NCBI GenBank assembly: GCA_020831465.1
Contig: JAFIGI010000025.1
Span: 45-64,044, forward strand
Length of the DNA: 64,000 nt
Origin: Chlamydiales bacterium
GTDB taxonomy: Bacteria; Chlamydiota; Chlamydiia; Chlamydiales; JAAKFR01
Direction of reading: 5' to 3'
The notes under the pieces were generated by a model that did not search any database, was not told the DNA's origin, and saw only the letters and a list, made by a program, of their open reading frames with translations. The position numbers and the translations under genes are program-made. Shown in pieces: positions 40,601-49,016 of the stretch (position 1 is the first letter of the stretch; each line of letters begins with the position of its first letter).

Positions 40601-43302
40601 TTTTTAAACGTAAATCGGTTGGTTTGATAGATGAGGCGAGGCAAAACGCAAGCCCTTTCTCCCAATCAGAAATCGGAATCGGAAAGCCCCTTCCCCTCCC
40701 CCCCGTCGACAGAAAAGTTTTTGTCGAAATCTACCGCGCCCTGACCTCCAAACAACTCCTTGGGGTTGTTGGATTAACCAAAAACCTTCAAGCTACCGTC
40801 GATCCCGAACTCTATCCCGAGATCAAAGCCGCGGCTTTTAGATTCCTTGTAGATTCGCCTTATCTCGACATTCCTGAAAAGGAGAAAAAGAATCTGCTCG
40901 CCTACTGGATGAGCGAAAAAGAGGAACCCGAGTGGCTCCTTTCAATCGCCCCTACAGATCAGGGGCGCGCTCTCGAACTCGTCAAGATTTATTTTGAGGA
41001 GTTTTTCTACGAAGCGATGAAATGCGTTGGCAATATGCAGCATCGCCCCTCACAGAAAATAGATGAAGAGATCCATCTTCCGGCCCGTAAAAAGCAAGCG
41101 AGCGATGCCTATTTCAAAGAGGTTTACGCAACTTTGATCACCACGATACAAGGGACGCTGCAGATCGGCCTAAGCTCAGCCCAAGCTGAGAAATTGCTCA
41201 AGGTTTTGAAAAGAGCGCACGTCAATGAAGTCGGCTACTCGGAAAATCTCTCCGAGACGGAGAAAATGCTACGTCGATGGCTAAACAATGATTCTATCCG
41301 CCTCTACTCTCTTTCCTTTGAGAATCGAGGGACAGTCGAGAGAGTGACCGATCTCGTTTCCCGCAATCCCGAGGCGATTTTGTTCTACTTGGAACACTGC
41401 GTCCTACAGCAGGTGACCTATTGCCCGGAACAGCTGGTCGTCACGCCGATACACTTTCTCAACGCCTTTCAAAAAGCGGTTCTCTTTTCTGCAGACCCGG
41501 GCCCTGCTGAAATGTATGCGCTGCCTGAAAAAAAGGAAGCAGTCGGTCTTAATACGACTTTTTTGGCTCATGTCATTCATAAGCTCTCACTTCCGGAAAA
41601 CAGCGACCTCGTCCTCTTTCCGATCTTTACCCGTCCATTGGAATTTTTCGAATGGCTTTACCAACTTAAAAAACGACTCTTCATCGATCTCAAAATGATC
41701 GCTGATGCCGGCGGCGCCTTGCGCGATTTTTCTAACGAGGAGATCCGCCGTGATTTCTTTGCGTTTTTGGAGGCGCATCGAGAAATAAATTACGATGGGC
41801 TCATCCTCTTCGCCGAGTCAAGCGGATTAAGCGAGCAGAGCGAACAGCTCCTTTACCTTAAAGGGGAGAAAGAACCAAAAATCTTGAAAGGCAATGACAT
41901 AGTAGAAGCCTTAACGATGCATGGCCTTAGGTGGGAGTCCCTCAACCTCTTGACTTTTATCGATCCCAGCCATTGTACGGGGGCCAATATCAAGCAGCCT
42001 CCTCAAGCGCGGGCTCTGCTCCTTTTGGGTGAGGATCTGACTATTGGGGACCTTATCCAGGGGGTGATGCGTCTCAGGGAATTTCTGCATAACCAAACCA
42101 TCTCATGGGGAGCATCCTTTCCTCTTGCGCGAAAAATCGAGCATACTTTAGGGCGAAAAATCGATCCTCTTGCTTGTCTCGCTTGGACATTGCAAAACGA
42201 AGGAGTCCGCATCGATAACGAGATTCTTTTGAGCGCCTACCAGCAAATCACCTATCTAATTGAAAAGGAGGCGCGTGAGGAACTCGAAGCGCATCTGAAC
42301 AAGCCGGAAAAACAAATTTCCACTTGGAAGAAGTACCGCTCCGGTTTCGTCAGCCAATACGAATGGGATCCGATCCGGCGTTTCAAGATTAAAAGGGGGG
42401 AGCGGGAGACCCGAAGCGTTCTAATGGAGTTTGCCCAAGAGCTTTATAGCCGTTTCTCCTATTCTAAATCTTTTAAAACTCTACAGGACTCTCTAAATCC
42501 GATCATCGGGAATGTAGACAAAAGAAAACCTACCCTTTCCTCTTCAGATTCTTTCTCAATGAAAAGGCAGACGCAAATGCGCGTTCATCAGGAGCAAAAG
42601 AGAAAGCTTGACTTGATCTCCGTCAATCACACATCGCTCGACCCGGACATTCAAACCCCTCTTCCCAAATGGCTTGTGATCGACCGACCCGATTTTCTTA
42701 CTCAATTCGCCTCCTTCTCTTCTCCTTGCAAAGAGCTCTTTGGCTCGAAAGGCTTAACCGAGGGCCTTTTTTTGACGCACAATCTTGTCCAAACTGCACA
42801 GACAGGAGCCTCTTCTCTCGGTTTAGATTATTTGAAGCCGGCTAATTATTTCCTTTTAATCGAAGAAGAACAGTTATGCGCTCTTGCTCTTTCTGACGAG
42901 GAGGCCTCTTTTTTCCAAAAACAGCTTATTTCGAAAGAAAAAGGTGGAAATCTAAAGATTGCGCTGATTTGCGCAGACGGTAATTTTGCGCAAAATGGAA
43001 GGGGATCCTTCGCCTTTTCTCCCAGTATTTTAACGCATACCTTTGTTCAAGACTGCGTGATCGACCTGGGATTGATGCAGTGCCGTCTTTACCATCCGCT
43101 TCGCTTTTCGCAGAGGATAACCCATTGGAACGATTTTTGGCCCCTGTGGCTAAGAATCAAAAAGTCTCAACCTTCATTGAGTGAAATCGAGCCTGAGCAT
43201 ATCGAACGTTTGGTTCCAAAGCATATTAAGGAGGGACCGCAAGAAGAAAAAAACAGCAAAAGTTTTTTTCAACTTTTTACAAAGAAATTAAGCTTGCATT
43301 AA
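34615..43302 (+). CDS. Giant 2895-aa protein; N-terminal H/N/Q/C protease-like motifs and C-terminal SF2/SecA-like P-loop ATPase (DUF3638-like)
   Basis: GH159AI, LN178LGEG, Q270RGPIC275; APAGVGK1882TT, LID2006EA, LFSAD, HCTGANI, IQ2482GVMRLR. Confidence 0.75.
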   Translation: MFRTNLFDSLFTAADRPDLRSSTSLSEEKTVIKTVDPVPIEARQFGQRLVANQLENSPIEGQDSLASLAYWIEIVSLFLKGEGEILETGISPKHFAELKEILEDYSRLKSLIQKARGDEEDRRKCAQSVQMEIKEKLSLGRRVAYLPLGYAAGPLNEGHAIPLKFRMFKNLVEGMCLNLGEGVQMHPELMWNQIEVLYHFQSFPIHFDPEILFGPKGENMLCRLIRLQNEEPGWEDLPYCAEDCYGPFLELGTVQSTFDSKLADRAEPAQRGPICADMATLLIIKDLLIDLGYQRVQIESLILNEKYCALISFYAHLERKGSYNEWSLLKKGVIQYAVDLAQAYEKKIVQPEELSALRRACEELSLKVERRVDSLKPLPLLHPALKTDSFSYQGFSEEELQGTGFQEISTPKEENVCLHPPKKLPAPERLLLNLKIRHEMLEKAKPEAIRASYFVIQLFLLLPVPNPFEKDYWDAIPSSHIPEVLRLLALLVCKQLAWKEEQSHYLNIIAVHTAYAIADKLARRVPEMRLEGFASPFYGSSIEKKEQTRLSSIFFNPGFAKKEEYFEFDLLPFGAGNRQWNAIRRYFETQDENCQGPTLFALSKSHINVTEGVRTLQSGLFFKRQLPSPESEHLSYLQQFFPKDFKSGNVEQLAATFAKFWLNREGKMLPAEYEPLYFLAYSAWTAFTGLPNRISDWRGVVKRWEEKIPSSTDIFISFLGDRSHRYIQRNGDEIVHKFRNREEERENGENKALCLQRAPCSYLSVKTSQEWRRIFSTPEMRVTSIIQWLRKNLSSISSNHFSLIECGLFEPSFLDKKICEEPNLVKELHLILRDGITYFCKQESRDHMLFCIRTAILLESFAPSVDSTILIALENDLLNMIEEQKEPEAEFYHLLLLYRIALPRNEDSAAELAKAKFYLKYYASEMSGSTSSLPHWLVSESRFSFFQSLEGIGFSSPSWKKEVARHVLRRTVPDFPQNQAIKEAPYPFIKYGDYTLDLENCLIKRGHNETLIRIASHPYFKLPAWSSAGKLISLDGNSMLKKNDQGEYLLFSKVSVDTLSSRWYRLSSLQFKLFENEQILIEDEEGTRDEQRHILIGEKCLVVPQRRGEWKIFQLRQGRKSGLVLANQRKISADLFSRLKMEEEFRCWSNPKTDQIQEIDLFKADLLFRFERGEGYLSMQFPDYLLAAEQSLKELNHYRGSLVLSNGAKLALILPSKKLRAEAEDFSPVAVPQKEYFCSKERYFFYTVDQVAELLISDDPLANLYLVLLFSKQRDYKKAFRYLERAHSYKRCYKQNQSFSASLMQAFLNLKDESPEALAFYLHLALFYLENASQLIHDHYGEDNQHHNLVESLCLWTGKMYARYIPALSSHSASPVPYYCRLTPVQETLLLSKLKHVLKNKDELNKKNLLRKFGLDPFRKEAEPLLLSLNLNWIPSLEFRERLLVEKRVEKRIPKSFYPAQLAAYFFLPLVPISERLSSYPPIFSEDERRTPLQEDFVRISLEALRRNFPLLYERARKGSGTLDIYYILRSEAGINSSYLLAYAALLHYIGNYPRDFSDLNFGEEREKNLSIFRKIVERASRFYANLIRQASVISNLYRRTVTFSYSNKTILALPPSEKIAPLKWEFSEKEQEELSAFREEVYTRFLKEDLRKSTLPIIPSDSLFAFDSYSPSGPTEKELVETLRAGHRMLADRKSGRTIYGLKEGRRLDTIQKKADLLLQKKRLELRDLKEETEKLANRLPKEADLIFLRKLGQDLPTVIIEEILTAAYEQQNPALVQEANPLLTPKEVRQILFDTIKYHLLRIQILQLEKAAVAPDIQAFGEALALHTTLCPTKEPELYLYQSCSGKILWHEQARLIEWYYERAMRHRLTLFAAPAGVGKTTLFQPIAMKWLQRKGYFPVSASPTPLYLVDREGLRSAAQQAFDLQIAVCELALGTKADAKDFQWLFEKLSQYQTLKGLKLTPSVYLALLLKYELALECEDVESVRWISLTLDLFKRKSVGLIDEARQNASPFSQSEIGIGKPLPLPPVDRKVFVEIYRALTSKQLLGVVGLTKNLQATVDPELYPEIKAAAFRFLVDSPYLDIPEKEKKNLLAYWMSEKEEPEWLLSIAPTDQGRALELVKIYFEEFFYEAMKCVGNMQHRPSQKIDEEIHLPARKKQASDAYFKEVYATLITTIQGTLQIGLSSAQAEKLLKVLKRAHVNEVGYSENLSETEKMLRRWLNNDSIRLYSLSFENRGTVERVTDLVSRNPEAILFYLEHCVLQQVTYCPEQLVVTPIHFLNAFQKAVLFSADPGPAEMYALPEKKEAVGLNTTFLAHVIHKLSLPENSDLVLFPIFTRPLEFFEWLYQLKKRLFIDLKMIADAGGALRDFSNEEIRRDFFAFLEAHREINYDGLILFAESSGLSEQSEQLLYLKGEKEPKILKGNDIVEALTMHGLRWESLNLLTFIDPSHCTGANIKQPPQARALLLLGEDLTIGDLIQGVMRLREFLHNQTISWGASFPLARKIEHTLGRKIDPLACLAWTLQNEGVRIDNEILLSAYQQITYLIEKEAREELEAHLNKPEKQISTWKKYRSGFVSQYEWDPIRRFKIKRGERETRSVLMEFAQELYSRFSYSKSFKTLQDSLNPIIGNVDKRKPTLSSSDSFSMKRQTQMRVHQEQKRKLDLISVNHTSLDPDIQTPLPKWLVIDRPDFLTQFASFSSPCKELFGSKGLTEGLFLTHNLVQTAQTGASSLGLDYLKPANYFLLIEEEQLCALALSDEEASFFQKQLISKEKGGNLKIALICADGNFAQNGRGSFAFSPSILTHTFVQDCVIDLGLMQCRLYHPLRFSQRITHWNDFWPLWLRIKKSQPSLSEIEPEHIERLVPKHIKEGPQEEKNSKSFFQLFTKKLSLH
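43288..43302 (+). promoter_or_regulatory. TTAA-N7-TTAA box, overlapping the last codons of the giant ORF
   Basis: TTAA-GCTTGCA-TTAA, 49 nt upstream of ORF 43352. Confidence 0.45.
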
Positions 43303-43351
43303 GAATCTGTTTCAGCAATACTTTTACTAGAAAAATTAAGTATGTAAAAAG

Positions 43352-43765
43352 ATGGTTCAAGCTACTCAATCCCCCTCAAGAAGAACCCAAGAAGATCAAA
43401 ATTCGGGCGCCCTCCCTGGCTTTGATCTTGTCAATCAAGCGACAGAGAACTTAAAGTCTGTAATCAACAATGGCGAACGCGCGATTACGGCTAAAAAGGC
43501 TTGTGCCTATCTCGGCTACCGCTTGTTCTCCTATTCCTTTATCCCGGCTCTGGCGAATTTAATCTCGGTAGTTGTCTCCGGAATTCTCTGCTTAGCCACT
43601 CTTCCACTGCGCTGCTGCTCAAAGAGTATCAATCAGTACTTCTTTAAATGTTGTATGGGTTCTTTGGGGTATCTCAGCGTAAATATCTTGATGGACCTGA
43701 CGTGCGATTTCCGCCAGCTCGGCAGACTCTGCAGCTGCACTTCGCCCACCTTTTATGAAATTTAA
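43352..43765 (+). CDS. Cys-rich hydrophobic hypothetical protein (Inc-like)
   Basis: Polar N-terminus; long hydrophobic segment; CC pairs. Confidence 0.65.
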   Translation: MVQATQSPSRRTQEDQNSGALPGFDLVNQATENLKSVINNGERAITAKKACAYLGYRLFSYSFIPALANLISVVVSGILCLATLPLRCCSKSINQYFFKCCMGSLGYLSVNILMDLTCDFRQLGRLCSCTSPTFYEI

Positions 43766-44334
43766 ATCGTTTCCCTTAAGTAGATCAGCTCGAGGTCCCC
43801 TTCTCTTTGTCTTTCAGAAGATAGAGGATGTTTGATGAGGGCAGCAGGGTCCGGGGCCCGCTCGATTTGATTGGGAAAGGAAAAACGCTTGAGATTGGGG
43901 CCGATGATCGCATCATACCCCTCCAGCGCTTGCGGCAGGTCGCTCTCTAAAACAAGACGCGGCTCGCCGCCGGGAGTCAATAGATAAGCCCCGCCGATCC
44001 GGGCGTCAATGAGAGCCGCGCTCTTTCCCCCCATCAAAAATCCTTGAAGTGAGCATAAGCCGATAAGAGGCAAGCCCCTTGGAGCTGCAATTCCTTTTGC
44101 GGCCGAAACCCCGACGCGGATTCCCGTAAATGAGCCCGGACCGACTGCCACGGCCACGGCGTCCAAATCGGCTGAAGTCAACTTAAGTTTTTGAAGTCCA
44201 GTCTTAATCGTTGGAAAAAGATAAGAAGAACTTTGAAGGCCGATAGGCAGCGGCAAGTTTAAGAGGATATCAAACCCATCGGCGAACGCAACGATTGATC
44301 TTTCATGACTTGTGTCGATAATGAGAGTCTTCAC
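43762..44334 (-). CDS. tsaB: tRNA threonylcarbamoyladenosine biosynthesis protein TsaB
   Basis: LIIDTS, GPGSFTGIRVG, IDAR. Confidence 0.94.
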   Translation of the reverse strand: MKTLIIDTSHERSIVAFADGFDILLNLPLPIGLQSSSYLFPTIKTGLQKLKLTSADLDAVAVAVGPGSFTGIRVGVSAAKGIAAPRGLPLIGLCSLQGFLMGGKSAALIDARIGGAYLLTPGGEPRLVLESDLPQALEGYDAIIGPNLKRFSFPNQIERAPDPAALIKHPLSSERQREGDLELIYLRETI

Positions 44335-44490
44335 AAATTTACTAAATATTTTCTTATGGTTTCTCTTAGTAACAAAATAATATGATATGATAATCTAAAG
44401 ATTAGATTAAAGAGAAAAAAACCCTCCCTTGCACGGATAGGAGGGCATTTGCTACACTTGCCCAGTTAAAAATAGAGAGGCTGGAGACAA

Positions 44491-46932
44491 TTGGACAAAA
44501 AACAACAAGAAGCTCTTGAAGCTGAATTAGAAGAGGCTATTGAAGAGTCGCTCGAGGAGAGTAATGAACCCAAAAAACAGCTTCCGAATGAGCTCTATCT
44601 CTTGCCGATCAACAGGCGGCCTTTCTTCCCGGGAATGGCGGCTCCTATTCTAATTGAACAGGGCCCTTATTACGAAGTGCTGAAAAATATCGCCAAATCG
44701 GATGAAAAGTATGTCGCGCTTGTGCTGACCAAAAAGGAGAATGCGGACATCTATAAGGTCGGCTTTTCCGGACTCTATCGCGTTGGCGTGTTGGCGCGGA
44801 TTTTACGCATTATTCCAATGGATGGAGGGGGAGCCCAGGTCGTGCTGAATATGGAAGAGCGGCTTGAGATTAAAAAGCCGACTAAAGGAAAGCACTTAAA
44901 AGCGGAAATCCTCTATCACCCGGATTCGAAAGAGATAACAGACGAACTCAAAGCCTATTCGATCAACATCGTCTCAGTGATCAAAGAGCTTTTAAAACTC
45001 AATCCGCTCTTCAAGGAAGAGTTGCAGATTTTCCTGGGCCACTCCGATTTTACTGAGCCGGGAAAATTGGCTGATTTTGCTGTTGCGCTGACCACTGCGA
45101 CGCGTGAAGAGTTGCAAGAGATCCTCGAATCGTTCGACATGCCGACCCGCATCGATAAAGCGCTCGCCTTATTGAAAAAAGAGCTCGACCTGAGCCGCCT
45201 GCAAAGCAGCATCAACCAGAAAATCGAAGCGACGATCACCAAAAGCCAAAAGGAGTATTTCCTACGCGAACAACTGAAGACGATCAAACGCGAATTGGGG
45301 ATGGAGCGCGAGGAGAAGTCGATCGACAGCGAAAAATTTGAAGCGCGCTTAAAAAAAAGGGAGGTTCCCCTCCCTGCGATGGAGACTATTCAAGAAGAGA
45401 TCGACAAGCTGCAAACACTCGATTCGGCTTCGGCAGAATATACCGTCTGCCGCAACTATCTCGATTGGCTCACGATCGTCCCCTGGGGGATCAACAGCAA
45501 AGAGCGCCACGACTTGAAAAAAGCCGAAGCGATCCTGCATAAGGACCATTACGGTCTTGAAGAGATTAAACAACGGATCCTGGAATTGATCAGTGTCGGG
45601 AAATTAACCGGAGGCTTGAAGGGAAGCATCATCTGCCTCGTCGGCCCCCCGGGCTGCGGAAAAACAAGTATTGGCAAGACGATAGCTCGCGCCTTAAACC
45701 GGAAGTTTTTCCGCTTCTCCGTCGGAGGAATGCGCGACGAGGCCGAAATCAAAGGACACCGCCGCACTTATGTCGGGGCGATGCCCGGTAAACTCGTCCA
45801 GGCTTTGAAGCAGTGCCAAACTATGAATCCGGTGATCATGATCGACGAGGTCGACAAGATGGGGATGAGCTACCACGGCGACCCTTCGGCTGCGCTTTTG
45901 GAAGTGCTCGACCCGGAACAGAACCGCGATTTCCTAGACCATTATCTAGACGTGAGGGTCGACCTATCAAATGTGCTCTTCGTTGTGACGGCGAACATGA
46001 TCGATACGATCCCCGAGCCGCTTCTCGACCGAATGGAGGTGCTCCGTCTCTCCGGCTACATCATGGAAGAAAAGGTACAGATCGCGAAAAAATACTTAAT
46101 TCCTAGAGCCCGCAAACAGATGGGACTTAGCGCCAATGACGTCGCATTCACGCTCGACTCGCTCCGCGCGATCATCAACGGATATGCGCGCGAAGCGGGC
46201 GTGCGCAGCTTAGAGAACCACATCAAGAAGATCTTGCGCAAAGTGGCGCTCGAGATTGTCAAAGAGCGGGAGAAGGGTCGGCGAAAGAAAGAGGCAAAGC
46301 ACAGCATCACAAAGAGTAATCTCGCTGAATATTTAGGCAAGCCGATCTTTTTGAGCGACCGTTTTTACGAACGTACCCCTGTTGGTGTAGCGACCGGTTT
46401 GGCGTGGACCTCCCACGGCGGGGCGACGCTTTACATAGAGGCGATAAAAACGGCTTCCGACCGTACTGAGATGACCTTGACAGGACAAGCGGGAGAGGTA
46501 ATGCGCGAATCCTCTCAAATCGCCTGGAGCTATTTGCACAGCGCCATTCACAAATACGCCCCGGGTTACACCTTCTTCGAAAAATCTCAAGTGCACATCC
46601 ACATTCCGGAGGGAGCGACTCCTAAAGATGGCCCATCAGCAGGCACTACTATGGTCGCCGCTCTTTTATCGCTTCTTCTCGACACCCCTGTCTTGAACAA
46701 CCTCGGCATGACCGGAGAGATTACCCTTACAGGCCGCATTCTGGGCGTTGGAGGGATCAGGGAAAAACTGATCGCAGCGCGCCGGTCAGGTTTGGATGTC
46801 CTGATTTTTCCAAAAGACAACATGCGTGATTACGATGAGCTTCCCGACTACCTGAAAACAGGACTCGAAGTCCACTTTGTCGAGCACTTTGACGAGATCT
46901 TCCACATCGCCTTCCCGGAGGCTAATGAATGA
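44491..46932 (+). CDS. lon: Lon protease
   Basis: GPPGCGKTS, GHRRTYVGAMPG, PKDGPSAG. Confidence 0.97.
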   Translation: MDKKQQEALEAELEEAIEESLEESNEPKKQLPNELYLLPINRRPFFPGMAAPILIEQGPYYEVLKNIAKSDEKYVALVLTKKENADIYKVGFSGLYRVGVLARILRIIPMDGGGAQVVLNMEERLEIKKPTKGKHLKAEILYHPDSKEITDELKAYSINIVSVIKELLKLNPLFKEELQIFLGHSDFTEPGKLADFAVALTTATREELQEILESFDMPTRIDKALALLKKELDLSRLQSSINQKIEATITKSQKEYFLREQLKTIKRELGMEREEKSIDSEKFEARLKKREVPLPAMETIQEEIDKLQTLDSASAEYTVCRNYLDWLTIVPWGINSKERHDLKKAEAILHKDHYGLEEIKQRILELISVGKLTGGLKGSIICLVGPPGCGKTSIGKTIARALNRKFFRFSVGGMRDEAEIKGHRRTYVGAMPGKLVQALKQCQTMNPVIMIDEVDKMGMSYHGDPSAALLEVLDPEQNRDFLDHYLDVRVDLSNVLFVVTANMIDTIPEPLLDRMEVLRLSGYIMEEKVQIAKKYLIPRARKQMGLSANDVAFTLDSLRAIINGYAREAGVRSLENHIKKILRKVALEIVKEREKGRRKKEAKHSITKSNLAEYLGKPIFLSDRFYERTPVGVATGLAWTSHGGATLYIEAIKTASDRTEMTLTGQAGEVMRESSQIAWSYLHSAIHKYAPGYTFFEKSQVHIHIPEGATPKDGPSAGTTMVAALLSLLLDTPVLNNLGMTGEITLTGRILGVGGIREKLIAARRSGLDVLIFPKDNMRDYDELPDYLKTGLEVHFVEHFDEIFHIAFPEANE

Positions 46933-47438
46933 CCTCCTGGACGCAATACAGCCAATCCAAAACCATCCCGCCTGACCGGTTAGCCGAGAAGGCAGCGCAG
47001 ATCCGCATCGAGGGAAAATCGATTGCAACCTTGAACGGATCGTTCGACCTGCTCCACGCCGGCCATATGTACATGATCTACGAAGCTTCGAAGAGAGCGG
47101 ATGTATTGATCCTTGCCGTGAACAGCGATGAATCGGTGTGCGCCTATAAAGGCCCTGAGAGACCCATTGTCCCCCTCCCCTACCGCATGGAAATCCTTAC
47201 GGCGCTCGCATTTGTCGACTTCGTTACCTGGTTTGACGAAACCGATCCCCGCTCTATACTTGAAGTCATTCGACCAGATGTCCACGTCAACGGCGAAGAG
47301 TATGGAGAGGATTGTATTGAAGCCGAAGTTGTCAAAAAGAATGGAGGTAAGCTCCACCTTGTAGACCGGATTCCCGGGCTGGCTACCTCCGAAATCATTA
47401 AACGAATAGAAGGTTTGCAAAAAAGCACATGCGTTTGA
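46929..47438 (+). CDS. RfaE domain II-like nucleotidyltransferase
   Basis: NGSFDLLHAGH, VNSDESV, KGPERP, RPDVHVNG, TSEII. Confidence 0.85.
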   Translation: MTSWTQYSQSKTIPPDRLAEKAAQIRIEGKSIATLNGSFDLLHAGHMYMIYEASKRADVLILAVNSDESVCAYKGPERPIVPLPYRMEILTALAFVDFVTWFDETDPRSILEVIRPDVHVNGEEYGEDCIEAEVVKKNGGKLHLVDRIPGLATSEIIKRIEGLQKSTCV

Positions 47439-48583
47439 TCTGTACGATCAACACCTTTGAAACGGATGAAAACCCTTACGAATTCTCGTACTATCTGACG
47501 AGCCAAGGGGTAGATAACCAGTGCGAAGAACTTTCGGATGAAAACTACCGCATCTGGGTTTACGAGGAGGACCAGGTTGACAAAGCCCATTCCTTCTATC
47601 AAGAGTATAAAACCCATCCTCATGATCCGCGCTACCGGGTTCGTTATGAGACGGCATCGCGGGCCACGCACGAGCAGCTCGAGGATGAGCCCGAATTAAA
47701 AGCGCGGCCCCCCAGGCGCCGCCTTCTCTCCCCCGCCCCTTACGGCCCGGTCTCCATCCTGGTTCTATTGATTGTCGCTCTTCTCTTTATATGGGCTCAA
47801 ATCCAACGCGAAACCGTCATTCCCCCTCAAATTTCCGGCATTATCCAAGCCCCTATCCTCGCCCCAATCGAAAGAGAGCTGATTTACGACTACCCTCCCT
47901 ACTTCCAAGAGCGCGATAGGCTCTTCACAATTTATACACCTAAGGAGATCGAAGAAGAAAAACCGCCTCCCCCTGAAGCGCTCGAGCTGATCCGGGAATT
48001 GCGCGGCTCCACTACATGGATGGGAATCTACGACCCCATTGTCAGGGCGATCCGCACTCCCGACCAGCCTCTTCGCCTTGACGGGCCGCTATTCGTCAAA
48101 ATTTCGGAAGGGGAGATTTGGAGGATCGTCACCCCTGCATTCCTTCATTTCGACCTGCTCCACATCTTTTTTAACGTCCTCTGGTTTATCCTTCTCGGAA
48201 ACCAGATCGAATTCCGCCTTGGATGGCTGCGTTATTCCCTTCTGATCGTTGCCTCCGCGATTGTTTCGAATACCTCTCAGTATTTGATGAGCGGCCCTTT
48301 CTTCATGGGCCTCTCCGGGGTCGTCTGCGCTCTCGCTGCATTTATCTGGGCCCGGCAGCAAGTCGCTCCCTGGGAGGGATATCTACTCCACCGCTTCACA
48401 CTCATCTTTCTCGCAATTTTCGTCATCGGAATGTTTCTGCTCCAAACCGTCTTTTTCTTTTTGCAGATCGCAGGCACATTCGAAGCGGCGATCGGGATTG
48501 CGAATACTGCACACTTGACCGGTGCCTTGGTCGGCTACCTTCTCGGCCGCATGCGCTTTTTTTCAATCAGACGCCAGAAATAA
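47429..48583 (+). CDS. Rhomboid intramembrane serine protease (GlpG-like)
   Basis: WR, HIFFN, GLSG, AHLTG. Confidence 0.92.
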   Translation: MRLICTINTFETDENPYEFSYYLTSQGVDNQCEELSDENYRIWVYEEDQVDKAHSFYQEYKTHPHDPRYRVRYETASRATHEQLEDEPELKARPPRRRLLSPAPYGPVSILVLLIVALLFIWAQIQRETVIPPQISGIIQAPILAPIERELIYDYPPYFQERDRLFTIYTPKEIEEEKPPPPEALELIRELRGSTTWMGIYDPIVRAIRTPDQPLRLDGPLFVKISEGEIWRIVTPAFLHFDLLHIFFNVLWFILLGNQIEFRLGWLRYSLLIVASAIVSNTSQYLMSGPFFMGLSGVVCALAAFIWARQQVAPWEGYLLHRFTLIFLAIFVIGMFLLQTVFFFLQIAGTFEAAIGIANTAHLTGALVGYLLGRMRFFSIRRQK

Positions 48584-48590
48584 AATTTTA

Positions 48591-48622
48591 TTAACAAAAA
48601 ATTAATACTATTTGTTTATAAT
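48591..48622 (+). promoter_or_regulatory. TTAA-N7-TTAA box plus TATAAT at 11 nt
   Basis: TTAA-CAAAAAA-TTAA-tactatttgtt-TATAAT. Confidence 0.6.
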
Positions 48623-48653
48623 TTGTCTTATAAACTAAAATAAGGAAGTTATA

Positions 48654-49013
48654 ATGTTTGTTACACAGAAATCTGGAACAGAACATCTTAGTTTGTTTCC
48701 TGAGGAGCAAAAAAATTTTCAGAAGAAGTTAGAGAGCAATGAAGCCTCCGCTCTAAAAACCTGGATTATCGCTTCTGCCTTCCTTCTATTGATCGGAACC
48801 CTGTTCGCATTTGGTTTGGAGTTTGGTCTCCTCCCCTTCTTAGAAACGGCAAGCGCAATTTATCTAGGTGGTATTGGTATTATCGGTTTTTCTACTTTTT
48901 TAGGTGCAATCATGGGTGCCCATTATTGTAAAATGAAGCACAATAAAATCGTATCTGAGATACCTTTAGTTAAAGAGATGCAGGAGAATCAGCCCTCAAA
49001 AATAGTTAAGTGA
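48654..49013 (+). CDS. Inc-like protein
   Basis: Bilobed hydrophobic domain at about aa 37-88; low GC; AAGGA RBS. Confidence 0.75.
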   Translation: MFVTQKSGTEHLSLFPEEQKNFQKKLESNEASALKTWIIASAFLLLIGTLFAFGLEFGLLPFLETASAIYLGGIGIIGFSTFLGAIMGAHYCKMKHNKIVSEIPLVKEMQENQPSKIVK

Positions 49014-49016
49014 ATC

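Noticed and set aside
44394-44410. TAAA-N7-TTAA between tsaB and lon as a regulon box
   Set aside because: One mismatch, no -10 hexamer at 11 nt, and flanked by housekeeping genes. Recorded as a caution that degenerate matches arise by chance in AT-rich DNA.
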